Assembly (NCBI GenBank): GCA_030587475.2
Contig: JAUQYZ020000157.1
Coordinates: forward strand, 1-42,873
Source of the DNA: Candidatus Sigynarchaeum calidifontis
GTDB taxonomy: Archaea; Asgardarchaeota; Lokiarchaeia; Sigyniarchaeales; Sigyniarchaeaceae
Direction of reading: 5' to 3'
DNA length: 42,873 bases
Shown: piece after piece, positions 35,789 through 42,873 of the stretch
How the letters are laid out: every line of letters starts with the position of its first letter
Numbering within the stretch: position 1 is the stretch's first letter
The notes under the pieces: generated by a model
Databases searched by the model: none
What the model was told of the DNA's origin: nothing
Seen by the model: only the letters and a program-made list of their open reading frames with translations
Made by a program: the position numbers and the translations under genes

Positions 35789-37162
35789 ATGGCCGTGGAC
35801 GGCAGCACGTTGAAACAACCACGATTTCTCATCGCATTCATCGTCACCTCGAACGTGGTCTGGGGTTTAATCCCCATTTTCGCGGTGCCCATCCTCGACG
35901 CGTATCCAGATGCGACCCTCTCGATCGTGTTTATCCGGTTTTTCTTCGCGAGCATCATCATGTTCGCGTTCGTCGCAATCCAGGCCTTCTTGAATGCGAT
36001 CCGGATACGTCATCATCCGGAATCAGGTGCATTGGCATTCTTTCAGACAAGCTGGAAGGATCTCAAGATCTACCTGGGCTCCCGGAACAAGGGCGTTATG
36101 AACTTGCCCCGTCTATGTTTCATTTTCATTCTCGGATTCTTCGGCGTGACCTTGAACGTTTCCACCTATTTTATAGGGTTGCGCCAGTTGCCCCTCACGT
36201 TCGTGTTACTCGGAGCGCCGGGTGGATTCATTATTCTGACCGCGTTATACAACGTGGCAAAAGGCAAGGAGAAACTCTCCTTGTTCAAGGCAATCTACAT
36301 CATCCTCATATTCCTCTCGCTCGTCCTCATTTCTCTCGCTCAAAAGCAAGATTCCACCACGACGGAACCAACGATTGTCGGCATCATCGCCTTGCTCTTG
36401 AACATCATGGCGATGTTCATATATTACGTGTACGTTGGACGGGACAACTTTGCGCCCGAGGAAAAAATCCTCAAACGGCCGCGATCGGGCAATTACCGGC
36501 TTATGCGGACGAGCATCAAGCTCGTCGTGTTCATGGCATTCGGCACGCTTGCCACGGTCGCCATCGTGCCCGCGTGCATAATGCTCCCGATCCATTACTT
36601 GAACGTGCTCGGCTGGGGATTCGTGAACACGATCGGCGTGCTCTTTAGCGGCGTCTTCTTGCCGAATTTGTTATCGATGATCCTCGTGTGCACGGTCTTG
36701 CCGAACTTGCTTATCTTTTTGGCAAGCACCTGGTGGGATCCCGAGACTACGTTCATGTTCGAAGCATGGACGTCGATATTGAACACGGTAGATCCCATCA
36801 CGAGCATCACGACGAGCGTTTTGGCAGGATTCCAGCAAGTCGATGCGCTTTTTCTCGCACTCACGATCATCGTCCTGGTAATCGCGATCCTCTTGCGATT
36901 CGTGCACGAGCGGGAGTCCAAGATCAATGCCCTCATTTTCCTCAAGACGCAACATGGCTCCTTGAAGGACACGCTGCAATTCCTCGTCGGCCTCAAGGAA
37001 ATCCGGAAGTTTTTTTACATCACGGGCAAGCCGGACATCATGCTTAAGACCACGTTCGGTTCGATTCGTGAATACTATCACTTCTTGTCACATGTCGCGA
37101 CACGGCGAACCATAAAGATAAAATTCGACATGCTCTCCTTTATCGAACACGTACGCACGTGA
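35789..37162 (+). CDS. DMT/EamA-like transporter fused to a C-terminal Lrp/AsnC ligand-binding domain
   Basis: About 10 TM with VVWGLIPIF, FIRFFFAS, YFIGL, KEKL and TVDPI; C-terminal INALIFLK...EIRKFFYITGKPDIMLK. Confidence 0.8.
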   Translation: MAVDGSTLKQPRFLIAFIVTSNVVWGLIPIFAVPILDAYPDATLSIVFIRFFFASIIMFAFVAIQAFLNAIRIRHHPESGALAFFQTSWKDLKIYLGSRNKGVMNLPRLCFIFILGFFGVTLNVSTYFIGLRQLPLTFVLLGAPGGFIILTALYNVAKGKEKLSLFKAIYIILIFLSLVLISLAQKQDSTTTEPTIVGIIALLLNIMAMFIYYVYVGRDNFAPEEKILKRPRSGNYRLMRTSIKLVVFMAFGTLATVAIVPACIMLPIHYLNVLGWGFVNTIGVLFSGVFLPNLLSMILVCTVLPNLLIFLASTWWDPETTFMFEAWTSILNTVDPITSITTSVLAGFQQVDALFLALTIIVLVIAILLRFVHERESKINALIFLKTQHGSLKDTLQFLVGLKEIRKFFYITGKPDIMLKTTFGSIREYYHFLSHVATRRTIKIKFDMLSFIEHVRT

Positions 37163-37294
37163 TCGGGTACTTGGACGGCTGCCCGGAAATCCATCGGTAT
37201 AATATCGGTCTATCCGATTATTACATGCAAAATGTTTGGGGATATTTTTAATTGGACGAGTGCGGATAAGCTCCTATCAAGAGGTCGATTCGAC

Positions 37295-37468
37295 ATGTCT
37301 GACGACGAGAAAAGGGGATCATCATCCGAGGCGACGGAAGCGGACAAGGAAGAGATAGAAAGGCTTGGCTTGAAGGATAAGTCGAATGCAGGCTTCGGGC
37401 GCCTCATGGAACACAAGAAACCGAACGAACCCGAAAAGGAAAAGAAAAAATTCATCGGGTTTGGTTGA
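37295..37468 (+). CDS. Small charged hypothetical protein (57 aa)
   Basis: GAGGT upstream of the ATG, purine-rich codons, and a T-tract directly after the stop. Confidence 0.6.
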   Translation: MSDDEKRGSSSEATEADKEEIERLGLKDKSNAGFGRLMEHKKPNEPEKEKKKFIGFG

Positions 37469-37473
37469 TCGTC

Positions 37474-37483
37474 CTTTTTTTTT
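37474..37483 (+). terminator. Oligo-T archaeal terminator between convergent genes
   Basis: Long T run immediately after the stop at 37468. Confidence 0.45.
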
Positions 37484-38979
37484 CACAACGGCTGCGCGTC
37501 GCACTTGAACGCCTTGGCTTCGAGCCTGGGGTCGATCGGGTACTTGATCTTCCTTGCCCTCGAAACACCCTTGATGTCGCTCGCGTCGACGTACCGTTTC
37601 CGCTTTAACAAGTCTTCTTTCTTGGGAATCCATTCCTTCCACTCGGGCGGTAACCATTCTTGCTCGTGGTAGAGCATGCTGTAGGTAAGATCCTCGATAG
37701 CATCATCGTCCTCGATGAACCGGTTCATTGGATCGTGGAGCATGGCCTTCACGACGAGTTCAGGGCTGTTCCCGAGGGCTGCATCGACCGTCAGGAATTG
37801 CTGCTCGGCATGCGGCCGGACGAAATTCGCCACGACCTCGGGCAAGGGACCGACCTTGACGCCTACCATTTTGCCGTCCTTGAAATAGCCAGGGATTTCA
37901 ACGACGGCGTCCTCGGGAAGGTTCGGTATATAGCCTTTATTGGGCAAGTTGACCACGTGGTGCTTGGGATCGTTGTTCTTCCAGTCGATCGTCATATCGA
38001 GTGCCTTCTCGCCGCGCTTGGTCGCCTTCGGGACGAGCCAAGGGCCCAGGATGCCAGCCATAAGCTTGAATCCCAAGTATGCACCCCGGCGTGCCTTGTC
38101 GAGCATATACACGTCTCTGAGCGCTGGAAACTTGAATGGCGGCTTGCTGTGCAAGACATTATTGAATGCGTTGTAATATTCGGGCATAAATTCGGCTACA
38201 TGGCGGCTACCAGGATACGGAAACCACCCGTACTTTTTCATAAGATACCAGTTGAACACGCGGTCACCCCCCGCGATGAACTTGTCAACATTCTCGCGCA
38301 GGAGTGGGTACAAGTCCTCGCCCTTGTACTTGATCGACGTGAACCACGCGTAGTGGTTGATGCCACCGTACTCGATGTCCATATCCTGCCAATTCTCGAT
38401 GGACTTGCCCAGCATCGTGGCGGCCTTCCGGACAGCCCCTGCCCCGCCGAAGAGCTCGTGGCATAAGCCAATGTATTGCAAGTCCGGGTCAACCCGCCGT
38501 GCGCCCATCACGATGGTGGCTTGCGGGTTCGTGTAATTGAGCAACACCGCCTTCGGGCATAGTTCCTTCATGTCGCGCGCGATCGCTGCAACTTGCGGGA
38601 CGCAACGAAGACCGCGGAACAGGCCCCCCGGACCGCATGTATCCCCTGTGTTCTGCGGGATGCCGAACTTGTAAGGCACGTGAATGTCGAACCATTCCGC
38701 TTTCTGTATGCCAACGGAGATCGACTTGTACAAGAAATCCGCGTTTTCGAGCGCCTCTCGCCGGTTCATCGTCGAAGTGACCGTGACCTTGGCATCGGCT
38801 TTCTTCACCATGTGCTTGAGGATGCGGGTCATGATGTCGAGTGACTTCGCGTCGATATCGACGAGCGCGACCTCGAAAGGAAACAGCTCGGTTGCCGCGA
38901 TGATATTCTTGAAAAGCCCGATGCTGAAACGGAAACTTCCAGCGCCGATGTAGGCGATCTTGAATTTGTGGTCTGCCAT
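37483..38979 (-). CDS. Glycoside hydrolase family 4 (alpha-galactosidase/alpha-glucosidase type, NAD+/Mn2+-dependent)
   Basis: KIAYIGAGS, GDTCGPGG, NYTNP, GLCHE, GINHYAW, RHVAEF, NLPEDAVVEIP. Start ATG 38979. Confidence 0.95.
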   Translation of the reverse strand: MADHKFKIAYIGAGSFRFSIGLFKNIIAATELFPFEVALVDIDAKSLDIMTRILKHMVKKADAKVTVTSTMNRREALENADFLYKSISVGIQKAEWFDIHVPYKFGIPQNTGDTCGPGGLFRGLRCVPQVAAIARDMKELCPKAVLLNYTNPQATIVMGARRVDPDLQYIGLCHELFGGAGAVRKAATMLGKSIENWQDMDIEYGGINHYAWFTSIKYKGEDLYPLLRENVDKFIAGGDRVFNWYLMKKYGWFPYPGSRHVAEFMPEYYNAFNNVLHSKPPFKFPALRDVYMLDKARRGAYLGFKLMAGILGPWLVPKATKRGEKALDMTIDWKNNDPKHHVVNLPNKGYIPNLPEDAVVEIPGYFKDGKMVGVKVGPLPEVVANFVRPHAEQQFLTVDAALGNSPELVVKAMLHDPMNRFIEDDDAIEDLTYSMLYHEQEWLPPEWKEWIPKKEDLLKRKRYVDASDIKGVSRARKIKYPIDPRLEAKAFKCDAQPL

Positions 38980-39035
38980 CGGTATCAGATACAATGATGA
39001 CGGGCCTGGAGATAATCCTTTTTCCCCCATGCGTG

Positions 39036-40217
39036 CTAGGCCTCGTCAGAAAACAAGCTCTTCAAGTCTTCTATGAGCTCCGGGTCCTCCTCGGGGCTGA
39101 GATAGTCCTTTTCCTCGCGGTGACGGCGCCATGGGCCGAAACGAGTCGTGTCGAGAGGGATAGCTTGAAAGATCTTGCCGACCAAGTCTTTTGCACGCTG
39201 GAATTGCGTGAGATCGGGAGTTTGTTTTTCCAGCTCTTGCTTGAACTCGATCTCGAAGGCGTCGATGAACATGGAAAGCCGGGTGCGCAAGTACACCGTC
39301 GACCTGGTGCTGATGATGCCCACGATGACGTGCTCGCTTTTCTGGAACATGAGATTACCCTCCTCGAGGTGCAGCTCGGTCATGTGGCCGAGCTTGAGCA
39401 CCTCGAACGACATGCTCTGCAACGCCTGGAGCAGCGGCGCGATGAGATCGACGTCGTCCTTCTTCCGCTTCACCCAGCTGTGCGAGAACAGGAGAACCCC
39501 GTTTTCCACGTGAATAACGATGAGGCGATCGAGCGTGTAGGTGATGATGCTTAGAAATTCGGGAAATAAAGCACAGATGAGTACGATGATGCCCACTGAT
39601 AAGGAAGCCAACACGCTGGCCATGACCGACCAAGCCCAGTCTGGCACGCCGGGGTAGAATGGCCGCACGATGTCGATGCCGAATGCATACAAGAGAGAGA
39701 TGGCAAGGAGCACTACCAGCGGGATGCGAACCTTCCACGGGGCCTTGAAACCAACGCGGATGAAGAAACCGAGCACGTAGATGAACATGCCAGCCACGAA
39801 TAATTGACCGAAAAATGCCCAAGTGCCCGTCCAGACGGGATTCCCGTCGATGCTCGTGGTGATGTTCCCTGCCACCCACGAGAATGCCACTGTCATCCCG
39901 CCAAGAAACGTGAAGAGGCTCCGGACAGCAGTTCGGGGAATTTCAAACACGATCTGTTCTAGCCAAACGATCATGCACAAGATCGCGATGGTAAGGAACA
40001 TCCAATAAAGCTGGTACAAGAAAACGTTGTTAAAGAGATAGGAAAAACCGCGAAAAAACGACGCCACGAACCCGAACAGCGCTGTCGCGAGAAACATCGT
40101 TGGGTAACGACGCTGGTTCTTGCGGATCTTGCCATGGAAGGTACCGAAGATGAAGATGGCGAGGATCAAGACGGCGTTCGTCATCTCCGTGATCGTGGAG
40201 GCGGTCCATCCTGGCAT
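39036..40217 (-). CDS. 7TM membrane protein with C-terminal longin-like domain (paralog of 1068..2198)
   Basis: Seven TM segments, then DRLIVIHVENGVLLFSHSW...LIAPLLQALQSMSFEVLKLG...LEEGNLMFQK...VGIISTR...FIDAFEIEF. Start ATG 40217. Confidence 0.75.
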   Translation of the reverse strand: MPGWTASTITEMTNAVLILAIFIFGTFHGKIRKNQRRYPTMFLATALFGFVASFFRGFSYLFNNVFLYQLYWMFLTIAILCMIVWLEQIVFEIPRTAVRSLFTFLGGMTVAFSWVAGNITTSIDGNPVWTGTWAFFGQLFVAGMFIYVLGFFIRVGFKAPWKVRIPLVVLLAISLLYAFGIDIVRPFYPGVPDWAWSVMASVLASLSVGIIVLICALFPEFLSIITYTLDRLIVIHVENGVLLFSHSWVKRKKDDVDLIAPLLQALQSMSFEVLKLGHMTELHLEEGNLMFQKSEHVIVGIISTRSTVYLRTRLSMFIDAFEIEFKQELEKQTPDLTQFQRAKDLVGKIFQAIPLDTTRFGPWRRHREEKDYLSPEEDPELIEDLKSLFSDEA

Positions 40218-40370
40218 GGCGGTTGACCCCCTGAAACCAACAACGCCCCCCGTTGATGCGTGGTAACCAGCGCGGGCCATTACGTGCCCGGCGGTTCGCG
40301 CTCGGAGTGCTAGTATAGTTATCCGCACGACATTAATAACCTTTCCAGGTATATCTAGAGACCGATTGCG

Positions 40371-41786
40371 ATGGCGAGGGATGGATTATGCTGGCTTCCC
40401 GCGACCGAGCTGCTAGAGCGGATTCGGCGGGGTGACGGGACGTGGGAGGAGGTCGCCGAGTCGATCATCGCCCGGATGGAGCGGGTGAACCCGGTCATCA
40501 ACGCGTATTGCACGACGACGCTGGACATGGCGCGGGCACAGGCCAGAGCTGCGGACAATCGCATCAAGGCAGGCGAGAAGAAATTGCCCATTTTGGATGG
40601 CGTGCCGACATCGATCAAGGACATGTTCGACATTCCCGGCGTGCGGACGACGTGGGGTTCCCGTATCATGGAGACCAACGTCCCCACAGCGTTTGACGCC
40701 GCGACCGAGCGCCTCCACGCGGCGGGATGTGCCTTCCTTGGAAAGACGAACATGTGCGAGTTCGGCGCGTTGGGTGTCACGAAAAACAAGATCTTCGGCG
40801 AGACAAAGAACCCGTGGCATCTTGGCCGGACCTGCGGCGGTTCGAGCGGCGGTGCTGGTGCCGCGGTGGCAGCCGGGCTCGGGCAGCTGGCGCTGGGTGC
40901 CGACGGCGGGGGTTCCATCAGACACCCCGCGGCGCTGTGCGGCATCGTCGGGTTCAAGCCGACGTTCGGCAGGGTACCGTTCTGGCCATCTATCGGGATG
41001 GCCGGCGATTCCGCGACGCACGTTGGACCCATCACGCGCGCGGTCAAGGATGCCGCGCTCATGATGGATGCACTCAAGGGCCCGCATATCATGGACCGGT
41101 ACTCGATTCCCGACGATGGCAAGAGCTACCTGGCAGGCGTGGATGACTTGCCCAAGAGACTCAAGATCGCGTGGACGCTCGACCTCGGGTACACGAAAGC
41201 CATCGATCCGGAGATCGAGAAGGCGATCGCGAACGGCGTCGAAAAGTTCCGGCAATTCGGCTGGGAGGTCGAGCCGGCGCGGGTCAAGGTCAAGAACATC
41301 GAACCCGCGTTTTACACGATCTACACGAGCTTGTTCGCGTTCGACTTGAAGCCGAAGCTGAAGGACTGGGCGGACAAGATGGATCCCGACGTGGTCAAGA
41401 TGGTCAGTGGTGAATGGACACCCGCCAACGATTTCATCAGGGCCATGGACCAGCGGCGCAAGTTTCACGACGCGATGCTAGCATGCTTCAAGGATTTCGA
41501 TTTGCTCGCCACGCCAACCGTGGCATCGACCGCGTTCGAGCTCGGTACCATGTTCCCGGCCAAGATCGCAGGCAAGAACGTTTCTCCGACGGGGTGGATG
41601 CCGTACACGTTCCCGTTCAACTTGACAGGGCAGCCGGCGATAACGGTTCCTTGCGGGTTCTCGTCGGAGGGATTGCCCATCGGCTTGCAGCTCGTCGGCA
41701 AGAAATTCGACGACTTGCTCGTGCTACAAGCCGCGCGGGCGTTCGAGATCGCAGCGCCCTGGGCCGACAAGCGGCCGGCCCTTTAA
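40371..41786 (+). CDS. Amidase signature family enzyme
   Basis: DGVPTSIKD (catalytic Lys), GKTN, GGSSGG, GADGGGSIR, PFNLTGQPA, GLPIGLQ. Confidence 0.95.
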   Translation: MARDGLCWLPATELLERIRRGDGTWEEVAESIIARMERVNPVINAYCTTTLDMARAQARAADNRIKAGEKKLPILDGVPTSIKDMFDIPGVRTTWGSRIMETNVPTAFDAATERLHAAGCAFLGKTNMCEFGALGVTKNKIFGETKNPWHLGRTCGGSSGGAGAAVAAGLGQLALGADGGGSIRHPAALCGIVGFKPTFGRVPFWPSIGMAGDSATHVGPITRAVKDAALMMDALKGPHIMDRYSIPDDGKSYLAGVDDLPKRLKIAWTLDLGYTKAIDPEIEKAIANGVEKFRQFGWEVEPARVKVKNIEPAFYTIYTSLFAFDLKPKLKDWADKMDPDVVKMVSGEWTPANDFIRAMDQRRKFHDAMLACFKDFDLLATPTVASTAFELGTMFPAKIAGKNVSPTGWMPYTFPFNLTGQPAITVPCGFSSEGLPIGLQLVGKKFDDLLVLQAARAFEIAAPWADKRPAL

Positions 41787-41884
41787 CAGCCCAACGCGGA
41801 TCAAACCACGACGGCCGGGGACCTTGCACAACCTTTTTTTCGTCCCGTGCGAGGGATCGTGTTGACAACGCTCGTGACGGGGCC

Positions 41885-42127
41885 ATGTTGAAAGCATTCA
41901 TCATGATTTCCTTGACGCCGAACTCGATGGGTAAACTCACCGAGGCCGTGTGCAAATTCCCCGGGGTAAAGCGGATCTTGACGCTTACCGGTGAATATGA
42001 CGTGTGCGTCGAATTTGAAGGCGAGTCTGCTGAAGACCTATATAAATTCCATGCAAGAATGGATGAACTTACCGGGCTCATCGAAAACACGGTCACGAGC
42101 GTGGTCATGAAAGAGTTCGAGCCTTGA
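41885..42127 (+). CDS. Stand-alone Lrp/AsnC ligand-binding (RAM) domain protein, no HTH
   Basis: 80 aa: MLKAFIMI...PGVKRILTLTGEYDVCV...IENTVTSVVMK. This is the real part of track ORF 41414..42127. Confidence 0.85.
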   Translation: MLKAFIMISLTPNSMGKLTEAVCKFPGVKRILTLTGEYDVCVEFEGESAEDLYKFHARMDELTGLIENTVTSVVMKEFEP

Positions 42128-42146
42128 AAGGAACGAGGTTGGCATT

Positions 42147-42359
42147 TTGGTTGAATTATCGAATTCGACCGTGGTGCATTGTATCACCACGGGAGTGGCA
42201 CTCGTTCTCGCAGCGGTCTTGCTGCACGTGCTCGTCAAGGTGGGCCTCGTGATTCCAAACGACGCCTTGATGGCACTTGGTCTCTGGTTATTCTGGATAG
42301 GCGTGACGGTTGTATCGCTGTTCGTGGTCTTGTTCTTCGTCTTCAATGACATCGTGTGA
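42147..42359 (+). CDS. Small two-TM membrane protein
   Basis: 70 aa with two hydrophobic helices; GAGGT upstream of the TTG. Confidence 0.6.
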   Translation: MVELSNSTVVHCITTGVALVLAAVLLHVLVKVGLVIPNDALMALGLWLFWIGVTVVSLFVVLFFVFNDIV

Positions 42360-42390
42360 TGACCACCCATCAGCCACCAGGGGGACGACC

Positions 42391-42666
42391 ATGTCCACGA
42401 CGAGACCCGACCTCCCCCCGGGCACGCCCGGGCTGCAGCGCGCGCGGCAAGCAATCCTCGATCACGAGCGCCTCGCCCGCGACAACCTCTACCTGGCACG
42501 CCGCGTCCTCGAGGTCGCCAACAGCGACCCGCGAGTCGATGAGCCCGCCAGGTTCATCAAGCTCGCCCGGCTCCTCGATGCAAACTCGGCGTTCCACGCC
42601 CGCCAGGCCCGGTACCTCGCCGCCCAGCTTGCCGGGGTCGCCGCGGCCTTCCAGCCGGGCACGTGA
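42391..42666 (+). CDS. Small helical hypothetical protein (91 aa), very GC-rich
   Basis: GGGGGA upstream of the ATG, strong GC3 bias, T-tracts after the stop. Confidence 0.55.
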   Translation: MSTTRPDLPPGTPGLQRARQAILDHERLARDNLYLARRVLEVANSDPRVDEPARFIKLARLLDANSAFHARQARYLAAQLAGVAAAFQPGT

Positions 42667-42739
42667 CGCCGGTTTTTTATCACTTTTTCCCTTCTTTCGA
42701 TTATTGGCCGGTTCGATGAACGCGGATGGCAGCGACCCG

Positions 42740-42845
42740 GCTTCGCCGGCCATGCATAATGGTTCACCAGCCGTGCATCGAGGATCACCCGCGGTGCATC
42801 GCGAGTTCACCCGCGGTGCATCGTGGATCACCGGCCGTGCAAGGC
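42740..42845. repeat. Five imperfect tandem repeats of 21-22 bp (consensus GG(A/T)TCACC.GC.GTGCATCG.)
   Basis: The C(A/G)CC core falls at 42744, 42765, 42786, 42808 and 42829 (spacing 21, 21, 22, 21). Confidence 0.85.
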
Positions 42846-42873
42846 GGGGACGGCGACCCGCGCTCGGATCGCG

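Noticed and set aside
40371-41786. gatA assignment
   Set aside because: No gatB/gatC nearby, and the sequence has GADGGGSIRHPA rather than the GatA-typical GSDTGGSIRQPA; called a generic amidase.
42370-42831. 153-aa minus-strand ORF with RCTAG repeats; array as CRISPR
   Set aside because: The peptide repeat merely reflects the DNA array, and the rest is antisense to a better ORF. The repeats are contiguous with no spacers.

Overview
A gene-dense chromosomal window with about 35 CDSs. I found no rRNA, tRNA, CRISPR array or transposase. Archaeal TATA-type promoters with near-leaderless starts, together with several 7TM proteins and longin/uDENN-like domains, suggest an Asgard archaeon (Lokiarchaeia-like; this is an inference). 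Four themes stand out. (1) Signalling proteins appear to join prokaryotic sensors to eukaryote-type small-GTPase-regulator folds: two 7TM+longin-like paralogs, and a MASE3 histidine kinase paired with a response regulator whose output resembles a folliculin/NPR2-type uDENN domain. This is the best candidate for a novel system. (2) Four DNA methyltransferases lie within 12 kb with no restriction enzyme, next to a TPR protein built from non-canonical 31-aa repeats. (3) Membrane-anchored carbohydrate enzymes (GH3, a GHL15-like domain, an alpha/alpha-toroid protein, an FG-GAP propeller) sit next to or are fused to large unknown polytopic membrane proteins; a GH4 and an MFS transporter are also present. 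(4) A GvpD/KaiC-like ATPase lies upstream of a DMT transporter fused to an Lrp/AsnC ligand-binding domain. Non-coding signals include shared divergent promoters, hairpins in a 660-bp intergenic gap and a 21-22-bp tandem array at the right edge. All family assignments come from recognising motifs by eye, not from database searches.
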